From an uncultured Candidatus Poseidoniales archaeon (GTDB taxonomy: Archaea; Thermoplasmatota; Poseidoniia; Poseidoniales; Thalassarchaeaceae), in NCBI GenBank assembly GCA_963990035.1, contig CAXDMJ010000005.1, forward strand, positions 1 through 57,050: DNA of 57,050 nt, written 5' to 3'. This document shows positions 37,826 to 46,855 of this stretch, in pieces (within the stretch, counting starts at the first letter, position 1; each line of letters begins with the position of its first letter). The notes below the pieces were generated by a model. That model ran no database searches, was not told the origin of the DNA, and saw only the letters and a list, made by a program, of their open reading frames with translations. The position numbers and the translations under genes are program-made.

Positions 37826-38959
37826 TCACGATCCACCTTTGTGCGATTTCCCAGTGCCTCTATGGCCTATGATTCGTGAAACTTCCCAAGGTAAACTCGA
37901 TTCAGAAGTTTCATTTAATAGCATACTCATTTTTCTTTCCCATAACCATCTATTACTCCAATTTTCAATAAATTTTTTCCTTTCAGTATCAGACAGTTCA
38001 TGCCAAGGAGAAATCTCACGTCGCAATTCTGAGATTTTCGAAGCATGCTCCTCTCTAGGAGTTTCATCCAATTTTTTTCTTATTTCATCAGTCAAAGGTT
38101 GAGTTGCAGGTTTTGTCCACCGAGCATGACCAGTATCTAAAGTTACAAAGTTAGGCGATAAATCATCAGTCAGTGCTGTTAATCCTGCGTCTAGTAGTAA
38201 TCTTTCAGAATCAGATTTCGAGGGCCAAACATAAACTGGATAACCTTTCCTATATTTTGTCAATCGCTTTAATTTTTTACCTTCTAAACCCACTGTCCAG
38301 CCTATATTTATATTGCTTTCTATACCTCTTAGATACTGTAGCGAACAGGGAAGCATAGGGGAACCTTCTTGTCTTTGTTTATCCATTAATTTGGGTAATG
38401 AATTTGCTAAGAAAGAAGGTGCTGCAATAATTCTCTGTGTTGTCCAATTACCCCATGATCTAATATTCGGTCTTAATCTACTGAATTTAAGATTACTTTT
38501 TATTTTTTTAGATGCAGATATAAGTTTCGGGTCGAATGAATAGATTACAGTGCTACTATTACTTCGTTCAATTGGTTGTAATAAATCTTCTAATTCCTCA
38601 ATCATCTTAATCATATGTTGTTCTTTTTCTCTACCATTAAACCATCCTCCTGCCTTACCACTTGATGGATGTGGTGTTTTCAGTTCTATACAAGTGAACG
38701 CCCCTTCTTCTGTCCAACGACGAATGAAATCTTTATTTTCTAATAAATCATCTATCGGTTCTACATATTCTGGTAACTCATCAAGAGTCAAACATTCAGG
38801 ATAATCACCAAATTCTGTTTTTGAATCATGATGAAGGACAAGTCTCTTATCTTCAGTTAGTCGTAAATCTAGCTCAACTCCATCCGAATGTTGCATTCCA
38901 TAAACTAGAGCATCAACAGTATTTTCTCTTGGACGTACCCACTCTCCACTGTCCTGCAT
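37826..38959 (-). CDS. Glycerophosphodiester phosphodiesterase, circularly permuted
   Basis: N-terminus starts at RENT...DGVELDLRLTED..LVLHHD...IELK; IIGHRG lies in the last 15 residues. Confidence 0.85.
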   Translation of the reverse strand: MQDSGEWVRPRENTVDALVYGMQHSDGVELDLRLTEDKRLVLHHDSKTEFGDYPECLTLDELPEYVEPIDDLLENKDFIRRWTEEGAFTCIELKTPHPSSGKAGGWFNGREKEQHMIKMIEELEDLLQPIERSNSSTVIYSFDPKLISASKKIKSNLKFSRLRPNIRSWGNWTTQRIIAAPSFLANSLPKLMDKQRQEGSPMLPCSLQYLRGIESNINIGWTVGLEGKKLKRLTKYRKGYPVYVWPSKSDSERLLLDAGLTALTDDLSPNFVTLDTGHARWTKPATQPLTDEIRKKLDETPREEHASKISELRREISPWHELSDTERKKFIENWSNRWLWERKMSMLLNETSESSLPWEVSRIIGHRGTGKSHKGGS

Positions 38960-39063
38960 AACTATACCGTAGTGTTACTAATAATTAATTAAACGTTTTT
39001 TTCCAACATTCGTCCGCCCCAATGCTAAAGTGTTGAAAAGTGAGCCGGGATACAGGTATGTCC

Positions 39064-40851
39064 ATGTCAGACACAATTGAACTAGACCGAAAATCAGACC
39101 CGAAAGAAGTAAGAGGATATGCATTTTATGACTGGGCTAAATCAGCATTTGAAACAAGTGTGACAGTTGCAGTCCTTCCAGCATGGTATGCATATTTATT
39201 CCTTAAAGCAAATGGTTTGACTACAACTATTGGGTCAATGGAACTTACTGGTGATACTATCTGGGCACTTTCTGTTGCTGCTGCAACACTATTCGTTGCA
39301 ATTATTAGCCCCTCTTTAGGGGTTATTGCAGATAGGCGCATGATCAAAATGTGGTGGTTGAAAATCTTAACTTATGTGGGAGCAGGTTCTACTTTCCTGA
39401 TTGCTTTTGCACCTTTATTATCTTTTGACTATCAATGGATATGGTTGATGGTATTCTTTGTCCTTGCAAACGTAGGTCTGAATGGTGCTGGAGTTTTCTA
39501 TAACGCCTTGCTACCTCATATGGGTAAAGATGACGAAATGGATCGTATATCCAATCTCGCATTTGCTTATGGTTATCTAGGTGGAGGTCTTCTTTTGCTT
39601 GTACATCTGATAATGGTTATGACGCTAACAGGTGATTGGGTCATTCCTTTTGTCATGGCATCTTCTGGTGTTTGGTGGTATGCCTTTGCACTTATTACAT
39701 TCAAATTAGTCCCTGAACCTCATATCGAGAATGAAATGCCTCCTATGAGTTTTGGTGTATCTGCTCGTTTAGCCATAACTGAAATTCGAAAAACTTTAGG
39801 TCAAGTTAGTAGATTCCGAACTCTTTTCATCTATATGCTTGCATACTTCTTCTTCATAGATGGTATCAACAGTGTAACTGCTCTTGGAGGCGTGTTTGGT
39901 ACAACTGTTTTAGGAATTACTACAGTCGATCTTATCATCACAATTCTTGCTATTCAATTTGTAGCATGGCCATCTGCTTTGGCGTTTACCCGCTTAGCAA
40001 AAAGAGTAGGTACAAAATCTGCTCTAAATGTATCTCTAGTTGGATGGGTAGTTCTTTGTTTTGCAGCACTTTCATTTGCTCCTTTAGAGTTAGATGCACA
40101 CTCTGAATATGATGTGCAGATAGAATCTATCGATGGAGAATGGTTTTTCACTCCAAACGCAGATATACCTACAATAGCTATGGTTGAAGATGGTTCTGAA
40201 CAAGTTTGGGCAAAAGAAAATTTGCTCATGCTTAACATAGTACAATTAAATGATGATGTTAATGACGCTAATATTTATGAATGGTCAGGTTTTGATGATG
40301 ATGGTGAAGTAATTGCTATTTCTATGGGATCTCATGATTTGGAAACTATTGCTTCTCTATCGGACTCATTTGAAGATACTCGTTTTTCAATTAGTGCCAA
40401 AGAAACTTCAACTATGGTTGGAGTAGATCATCCAACTAACTTAGGTGATGGCAAAATTGATTTCATTCCGGAAACAGTACGTACTCTAGTTTGGGGTCCT
40501 CTTGGCTTGGGAGTTGGTATTCAATTCCTAATCCTGGGATGTTCAATGGGAACTCTCCTCGGTGGCTCCCAAGGTCTAGCTCGTAGCATGTTTGGACAAA
40601 TGGTTCCAGAAACACGAAGTGCCGAATTCTTTGGTTTCTTTGGTTTCTTTGGTAAGGTTGCTGCTTTTATCGGACCATTACTTTATGCAGGGATGACATA
40701 CTTATTCGATAGCCGTGTTGGTCTCCTTTCTATAGCAGTTTTAATCCTAATAGGTGCTCTCATGATGAGACTAGTTGATCTCGATGAAGGAATAGCTGAT
40801 GCACGGGCTGAAGATGCTCGTAACCGTGGTTTGAATTCAGATGATGAGTGA
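39064..40851 (+). CDS. MFS transporter, UMF1/Atg22-like, with extracytoplasmic insertion
   Basis: YAFYDWAKSAF, VFYNALLP, ISNLAFAYGYLGG, FFFIDGI, GGSQGLARS, EFFGF. Likely start ATG 39064. Confidence 0.88.
   Translation: MSDTIELDRKSDPKEVRGYAFYDWAKSAFETSVTVAVLPAWYAYLFLKANGLTTTIGSMELTGDTIWALSVAAATLFVAIISPSLGVIADRRMIKMWWLKILTYVGAGSTFLIAFAPLLSFDYQWIWLMVFFVLANVGLNGAGVFYNALLPHMGKDDEMDRISNLAFAYGYLGGGLLLLVHLIMVMTLTGDWVIPFVMASSGVWWYAFALITFKLVPEPHIENEMPPMSFGVSARLAITEIRKTLGQVSRFRTLFIYMLAYFFFIDGINSVTALGGVFGTTVLGITTVDLIITILAIQFVAWPSALAFTRLAKRVGTKSALNVSLVGWVVLCFAALSFAPLELDAHSEYDVQIESIDGEWFFTPNADIPTIAMVEDGSEQVWAKENLLMLNIVQLNDDVNDANIYEWSGFDDDGEVIAISMGSHDLETIASLSDSFEDTRFSISAKETSTMVGVDHPTNLGDGKIDFIPETVRTLVWGPLGLGVGIQFLILGCSMGTLLGGSQGLARSMFGQMVPETRSAEFFGFFGFFGKVAAFIGPLLYAGMTYLFDSRVGLLSIAVLILIGALMMRLVDLDEGIADARAEDARNRGLNSDDE
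40627..40653 (+). repeat. Perfect 9-bp tandem repeat (TTCTTTGGT)x3 encoding FFGFFGFFG
   Basis: Read directly; in frame within the MFS gene. Confidence 0.9.
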
Positions 40852-41646
40852 TTAATTACGCATTATCTTATCGCATAATAATGCAATTTCTAGTAATAGA
40901 ATAATTGGTCCCCCTACTAAAAACATTGAGATTGGATCAGGTGGAGATAATGCTGCTCCTAATAGAATTGCAATAAAGTAAATTATTCCTCTATTTTCAG
41001 TTATACTTTGTCTACTTATTATCTCAGTCCTCAGTAATAGTAATGCTACCAAAGGTGTTTGGAAACTTATTATCGAACCAAAGAATAGACCAACTATGAA
41101 TCCGATCCATGACTGTAATTGCCAAGTATTAGTTAATCCTACATTCATTGCGTCATTAGCAAGGAAATCGAGGAGCATTGGAATTAGTATTTTATGTGAG
41201 TAAAAACCACCAGTTATGCCTAATCCAATTATAGAAACAAATACTATAATTAATTTAGATAATTTAAACTTTTTATTATCTATTTTCTTTCTTTTCGAAG
41301 TACTAATAATTCTTCTTCCATTCCAAGTCAAATCAGAAACTATTGCTATAAATACAAATATTAATCCTATTTGTACTGCAATTCTCAACCTTAGTAAAAT
41401 AACTTCCATTGGTTGTAGGATAATTATCGTAACTTCGCTCGGCAAATAACCTTCAGCATTCAATAGCCAATTAATCACATCTTCTGAAAATGGGTAACCT
41501 AGAGTAATGCCTGCTAGAAATACTCCAATGAATAATGTTAATTTACCTTTTAGATAATTGACTAAACCTACGAACTCAGCCATTGGGATTAAGTCCCTAG
41601 AGCGGTTATCCATGTTATCGCGTGGGGGTTCTATTCCTGAATCCAT
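40852..41646 (-). CDS. tatC: Twin-arginine translocase subunit TatC (divergent)
   Basis: Six-TM layout, QPMEV, SFQTP, SPPDPISM...LLEI. Confidence 0.8.
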   Translation of the reverse strand: MDSGIEPPRDNMDNRSRDLIPMAEFVGLVNYLKGKLTLFIGVFLAGITLGYPFSEDVINWLLNAEGYLPSEVTIIILQPMEVILLRLRIAVQIGLIFVFIAIVSDLTWNGRRIISTSKRKKIDNKKFKLSKLIIVFVSIIGLGITGGFYSHKILIPMLLDFLANDAMNVGLTNTWQLQSWIGFIVGLFFGSIISFQTPLVALLLLRTEIISRQSITENRGIIYFIAILLGAALSPPDPISMFLVGGPIILLLEIALLCDKIMRN

Positions 41647-41665
41647 CGCTTTGAATTTTACAATT

Positions 41666-42781
41666 TTATCTTCTTAGTATGATAGAAAGAATATCTCCAT
41701 CTTTCAGTCTATGATCTAAACCAACTCTTTGCCAATCAAATTTCCCACTTGGTCCCTTAACTCTCGCATATCTGAATTTTCTTACAAAATCACGATGTAA
41801 TTTCGCACAAATATCTCTCACTGTTGATGTGTCTTTGATAATTAAAGGTTCAATTAAATCTGCCTCTTGACCTTGTGGTTTTAGATATATCGACATAAAA
41901 TGAAGATTTTTAAATATGAAATCTTTCATGTTATCTATCCCTCTTCCTGTTTTCGCTGAAACTTCTAAAACAGGCCAATTTTCAGGAATCATTTGCATAG
42001 TTCTTTCGATATCATCTTCGTTCGCTAAGTCAATTTTATTAATTACTACAACTGCATTACTGTAAATTCTATTTCCTGCTAGCGTATCTACTATGTGGTC
42101 ATCTGTAACATTTGTTCTGAGAGTTACCGTTGCTGAAACGATACCGAAACTTCTGACGATATCTTGTATTTCATCATGTGTTAAATTTGTTTGTTTAACA
42201 GTTGATCTTACTACAATACCACCCCTGTTTGATCTAGTGATGAAGACTTGTGGTTCTTTTTGATTTAATCTCATACCTGATTTCCACAACTCCATATCTA
42301 GGATATCAAAGTGTGATTCTTGGAAAGGATCTAAAACGTATAATACCATGTCTGAACCTCTTATGACATTGAGAATTTCCTTACCTCTACCTTTGCCATC
42401 TGAAGCACCTTTAATTAATCCAGGAAGATCTAAAATCTGTATCTTTGCTCCTCTATGCTCCATTAATCCTGGTATACATGTAAGTGTTGTAAATGCAAAG
42501 TTCCCAACCTCTGATTTAACATCTGTTAACTGAGAGATAAGACTTGACTTACCTACGCTTGGGAAGCCAACTAGAGCAACAGAAGCATCTCCTGACTTTT
42601 TTACTTCAAACCCTGGTCCTCCACCACTAGCTTTTGCATGAGCCTGAGCTTTTTCTTTACGAGCTCTCAATGCTGCAATCTTTGCTTTTAGTTTGCCTAT
42701 ATGGGCATTTGTGGCTTTATTCTTTTGAGTTTTTCCAATCTCATCTTCGAGTAACTTGATTTGTTCCTCGATTGTTGCCAT
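41666..42781 (-). CDS. DRG family GTPase (OBG-HflX superfamily) with TGS domain
   Basis: GFPSVGKS, FTT, DLPG, NKID, KNKATNAHIGKLKAK, C-terminal TGS. Confidence 0.95.
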   Translation of the reverse strand: MATIEEQIKLLEDEIGKTQKNKATNAHIGKLKAKIAALRARKEKAQAHAKASGGGPGFEVKKSGDASVALVGFPSVGKSSLISQLTDVKSEVGNFAFTTLTCIPGLMEHRGAKIQILDLPGLIKGASDGKGRGKEILNVIRGSDMVLYVLDPFQESHFDILDMELWKSGMRLNQKEPQVFITRSNRGGIVVRSTVKQTNLTHDEIQDIVRSFGIVSATVTLRTNVTDDHIVDTLAGNRIYSNAVVVINKIDLANEDDIERTMQMIPENWPVLEVSAKTGRGIDNMKDFIFKNLHFMSIYLKPQGQEADLIEPLIIKDTSTVRDICAKLHRDFVRKFRYARVKGPSGKFDWQRVGLDHRLKDGDILSIILRR

Positions 42782-42900
42782 GTCTAAACCTCTTATCCCG
42801 ACTTATGGATATGTAGGTGGCCTAGCCCCCTATTCTTCAATTGAATGCCTAAGCGATAGTTCATTGTCTACTTCTCTTTGGCTAGACCTGAGGGGCGGCC

Positions 42901-43578
42901 ATGGCTGATGTGATACTAAATTTAGTAAATATACCAATCTTCAAAAAATTATTGTCGATGCCTCTCCAAGATTTATTTAATGGTATCGAAAATCAAACTT
43001 TAAGAGATATACGACCGAAAATTGATATTCGATCACATAGAGATTTTGATGTAGATTTAGAGGGCGATATACTTGAATGGTCAGATGAAAATTCGACTAT
43101 TAACTTAGAAAAATCAATAATATTTCAAACAATTAATAACGAAAAAATCAGTGAATTCGGGATATTATTGGCTAAGTGGGCGTCTCAATCGGAATGGAAA
43201 TGTTGGGATGCTCGTCTATTCCTATACATCGAACCATTACTTGATCGTCCTATAGAGAGTTCAGATGAATTCTTGATGTATACAACCTGGAATGATTTTG
43301 CAGATGTTTTATCTAGAACTGACAAAAAAGGTTATTCTGAATCTGTAGTTCTTGATTGGATGAAAAGAAGGGAGGGATTCGGTGAAACTATGGAACCATC
43401 TGAAGACCCAAGGATACTACCAACTATGGCTACACATAAATTATCTAGTGAGTCTTTGCATGTATTTCTCAATAATCTTAAATCAAAAGATATTAATTTA
43501 CTGATTGGTCGCGAATATTTAGAACCAACCTTATGGAGTATTGGCGGCATATCTTTAGTAGACATAATGGAGATTTAA
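42901..43578 (+). CDS. Hypothetical protein
   Basis: 225-aa ORF, 1 bp before nadM; no recognised motif. Confidence 0.6.
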   Translation: MADVILNLVNIPIFKKLLSMPLQDLFNGIENQTLRDIRPKIDIRSHRDFDVDLEGDILEWSDENSTINLEKSIIFQTINNEKISEFGILLAKWASQSEWKCWDARLFLYIEPLLDRPIESSDEFLMYTTWNDFADVLSRTDKKGYSESVVLDWMKRREGFGETMEPSEDPRILPTMATHKLSSESLHVFLNNLKSKDINLLIGREYLEPTLWSIGGISLVDIMEI

Positions 43579-43579
43579 A

Positions 43580-44194
43580 ATGAGTGAATTACCTTTATTT
43601 CCGCAACCTCCTAAATACCCTATGGATCCGGGATTTGTAGTTCTAGGAAGATTTCAGCCTTTTCACAAGGGCCATTCATTGATGGTTCAAGAAGCAGAAA
43701 AAATTCGTCTAGAAAAATATCCTGATTTGAAATTAATAATAGCAATTGGTTCATCTAATCAACCTGAATCTCTGAGGAATCCTTGGTCTGCTGCCGAAAG
43801 GTCGGGAATGATTTCTTCTTGGTTGAAAAATGAAGCTGGATTTGATGCTATTATTGTAGCAGTACCTGATATTAACGATCCTCCGAATTGGGTCAATCAT
43901 TCAGAAAAATATCATGGAGGCCCTGGTGTATTTTTCAGTAGTGACAAATATTCTTGTGATTTATATGATGATTCAGATTGGACTGTAATTCATACACCTT
44001 TAATTCAAAGAGAAAATTTTGAGGGATGGAGAGTCCGTGAAACTGCTAGGATGCTTTCGACTATTCTTGATAAAATGGCAATAGATACGGTCTTAGGTGT
44101 ATCTACTCCTAAATCTGTAATTGATTATCTCGTATCGAATGATTACCTAAAGAGACTTGCATTTTTAGGTGAAGGTGGAGAGCCAGTTGGTTAA
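43580..44194 (+). CDS. nadM: Nicotinamide-nucleotide adenylyltransferase
   Basis: GRFQPFHKGH, IGSS, RNPWSAAER, VPDINDPPNWV. Confidence 0.88.
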   Translation: MSELPLFPQPPKYPMDPGFVVLGRFQPFHKGHSLMVQEAEKIRLEKYPDLKLIIAIGSSNQPESLRNPWSAAERSGMISSWLKNEAGFDAIIVAVPDINDPPNWVNHSEKYHGGPGVFFSSDKYSCDLYDDSDWTVIHTPLIQRENFEGWRVRETARMLSTILDKMAIDTVLGVSTPKSVIDYLVSNDYLKRLAFLGEGGEPVG

Positions 44195-46264
44195 TTACCA
44201 TCCAAGATTATCTTGACTAAATTCACAATTCCCTTCACAAGTATCCACTATTGAACCATTTGAAAGGAATTGGAAAGCCATTTCTCTTGCAATTGGTAAT
44301 GCGCCTATTGCATTATGAGCAGGATGAGGTTCTTGTCCATATTCATTCCCTACAGGGGGTTGGATATATCCTCCATCGAAGAAAACTCCTACTGATCCAA
44401 TATGTCCATCTTCAACTATATCCAGCCCGTATGGGGTAATAGTTGAGGAATCAAGCAATGGAATCCCTCCTGTCCTCATCATTCTTGATGAAGAAATATT
44501 TGATATTTGCAAATCAGATATCGAAAACAAAGTCATTAGTTCGAAAGGTTCTATCTCGTCTAAATAACCATTTTCCCTTATACTTAGGAATGTATCTGTT
44601 TCAGTTGAATCCCATAGTGATTGTATTATCGACATTGCAACTGCTCTATCTAATTGATTATCATAACCATATTCGCTAGCGAAAATAAAGTGAAATGCAT
44701 CATATTGAGTGCATCTCTCGATTATATGTGAAAAAGAAGAACCTCCCGCCCATAGTACTCCTCTATTCAGGTCTGGTGAGAGACCTATTATTGAGGGTCC
44801 TCTTAGTGCGCCATTTGAGTATCCTGTATATGTGGGGTTATTGGTATCAATTAGTTTGTATCCATCATCGGTATAATATTCGGGTAAATCTGAGCAAACA
44901 CCCATGAATGTTTTTATCATGACTACTTGATTAATCATGGCTTGTTCTAATCTTTCAGCTTGGTGCTGGAAATATTGCATGTTTAATACTGCATATTCAA
45001 TACTAGTACTGTCATCATCAGACCAGCCATAGAAACTAGTTCCTAACATTGCAACATTGTTTTCATTGGCCCAGCCACTTAGCCCAGAGGTGTTACCATT
45101 ACCAAGGAAACCATGACCCCATATTGTTATTTTAGCTGCTTCTTGAATATCTACTGAAGAGCCAGGTATTACTAACCAGAATGGGATTTCTCTATTTTCT
45201 ACGAAAACTGGAGTACGATCTTCCGTTGAGGTTCTACGTATTAGTGCAGGTGGGAAAAATGATTCAGTATATTGTGGAGCCGTAAAAGTCCCAGTAATTA
45301 GCCAATGACTTGTATTTTCTTCAATCATAACTTTTGTATTAGATTCAATTTTACATCCAATGCCGTTACCAGTTCTTTCTAGAGCATCATTCCTCATAGA
45401 TAGTAATGGTCCAATCATCGATTCAGTAGAAGATGTATGAAAACTCCATGCAGTTTGTAGTTCATTAATTGAATATTCAGTATTTTCAGAAATCCAATTA
45501 AATAATTCTTTGAATTCTCCTCTCCTATTCTCAATATCCGGCGATGTTGTGATTACATCATCGCGGAGTGCTGCAAATCCTTCAGGAGTTGGTATGGATT
45601 GATTATTTTCATCCATTAAACCAGTTAATAATACTACATAAGAGGTATTGTGATCTAATGCCTCAACAGTCCTCATATGAATTATAGTAGGCTGATCAAT
45701 TTCCGATCTAGCATCTAGTTCAACCCAATGAGCTACTAATTCTCCATTAAATTGATTAATTATTACAGTAGAATGCCCTGAGTCTAAACTTTTCCCTATA
45801 CTGTACTGACCTGCTAATTCTGAAACATCAGGTTCTACTGTGAAAGCAGTCATTATTTGTGTATTTGGGCTGGCACCATCCATTTGATTTAGGATAGGTA
45901 TTTCTATCGGGCTAACTGTACCTGAACTAGGTATGGTATTCTGAGAATAATGAATTCTTTTTCCAGTATTCGTAGTATCATCATCTATCAAGAATGCATC
46001 CGAAGGAAATGGTAACATGCAATGTATAGGATTAGTGTTATCGCATCCTTCAATATGCGGTATTGTTATTGGATTATCAAGTGTGTTTTCATCTGTATAA
46101 TCGCATGAACCATCATCATTTGTTGCCTCAATATCATAATTTTTAGCATTCTCATCCATACATCCTAATATTTCATCAATATCTGTATTTTCATCAGAAT
46201 TTGCTGTACAACCGGAGAGAATAATACTGCAACAAAATAGTACCGCAAGTGTTTTTTTCATCAT
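44195..46264 (-). CDS. Secreted lipoprotein, alpha/beta-hydrolase (lipase/depolymerase-like)
   Basis: Lipobox LSGC; GCMD..A.NY...A..DDGSC module; CMLPFPSD; HGFLG oxyanion motif; GYSNG nucleophile elbow. Confidence 0.65.
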   Translation of the reverse strand: MMKKTLAVLFCCSIILSGCTANSDENTDIDEILGCMDENAKNYDIEATNDDGSCDYTDENTLDNPITIPHIEGCDNTNPIHCMLPFPSDAFLIDDDTTNTGKRIHYSQNTIPSSGTVSPIEIPILNQMDGASPNTQIMTAFTVEPDVSELAGQYSIGKSLDSGHSTVIINQFNGELVAHWVELDARSEIDQPTIIHMRTVEALDHNTSYVVLLTGLMDENNQSIPTPEGFAALRDDVITTSPDIENRRGEFKELFNWISENTEYSINELQTAWSFHTSSTESMIGPLLSMRNDALERTGNGIGCKIESNTKVMIEENTSHWLITGTFTAPQYTESFFPPALIRRTSTEDRTPVFVENREIPFWLVIPGSSVDIQEAAKITIWGHGFLGNGNTSGLSGWANENNVAMLGTSFYGWSDDDSTSIEYAVLNMQYFQHQAERLEQAMINQVVMIKTFMGVCSDLPEYYTDDGYKLIDTNNPTYTGYSNGALRGPSIIGLSPDLNRGVLWAGGSSFSHIIERCTQYDAFHFIFASEYGYDNQLDRAVAMSIIQSLWDSTETDTFLSIRENGYLDEIEPFELMTLFSISDLQISNISSSRMMRTGGIPLLDSSTITPYGLDIVEDGHIGSVGVFFDGGYIQPPVGNEYGQEPHPAHNAIGALPIAREMAFQFLSNGSIVDTCEGNCEFSQDNLGW

Positions 46265-46293
46265 TGCTACGTGATGTCAGTCAGTTATGAATA

Positions 46294-46827
46294 CTAGTTT
46301 TCTGATACTACTACTTTGACAGGTCTCAATACTCGGTCATGAAACATATATCCGTCTTCAATAATCTCTAAAACAACTCCTGGATTTTTATCCTCAGGAG
46401 CTGGTATTACAGCAATAGCCTCCATGAATGATGGATTAAATTCTTTATCTAATGCTTCTATTTTCACAATGCCTTCATTCTCAAATGTAGTTTTCAGCAT
46501 TTTTAAAGTCAGATTCATTCCTTCAATGAATTTTTCCGAATCATTATTTTTAATATCTAATACTTTTTCTAGATTATCAACTACAGGAAGTATATTAAAT
46601 GCCAAATTCATACCAGCAAATTTCACTAGTATATTCCTTTCTCTTGCGTATCTTTGCCTAATATTTGCAATCTCAGCAGTATCATATATTTTCTCTTTTT
46701 GTAATTCTTCTATTTGTTCTTCAAGAATTTTCATTTGGTCGATTTCATCATTTTCTTCAAGAATAATATCTTCTGATAATTCCTCTATTGGTTCATCGAC
46801 CTCGTCCGTCATGGCCTTGGGTTTCAA
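46294..46827 (-). CDS. grpE: Nucleotide exchange factor GrpE
   Basis: AEIANIRQR, ILPVVDNLE, FNPSFMEA, GYMFHDRVLRPVKVVV. Start may be 46812. Confidence 0.95.
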   Translation of the reverse strand: MKPKAMTDEVDEPIEELSEDIILEENDEIDQMKILEEQIEELQKEKIYDTAEIANIRQRYARERNILVKFAGMNLAFNILPVVDNLEKVLDIKNNDSEKFIEGMNLTLKMLKTTFENEGIVKIEALDKEFNPSFMEAIAVIPAPEDKNPGVVLEIIEDGYMFHDRVLRPVKVVVSEN

Positions 46828-46855
46828 ACATCCTTCAAGAATCCAATGGTCCTAG

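Noticed and set aside
40627-40653. (TTCTTTGGT)x3 as a phase-variation locus
   Set aside because: The unit is 9 bp and in frame, and it encodes the conserved EFFGF motif region of this MFS family; slippage would not switch expression.
46294-46827. grpE without adjacent dnaK/dnaJ as a novel system
   Set aside because: Dispersed chaperone genes are common, and dnaK/dnaJ may simply lie on another contig.
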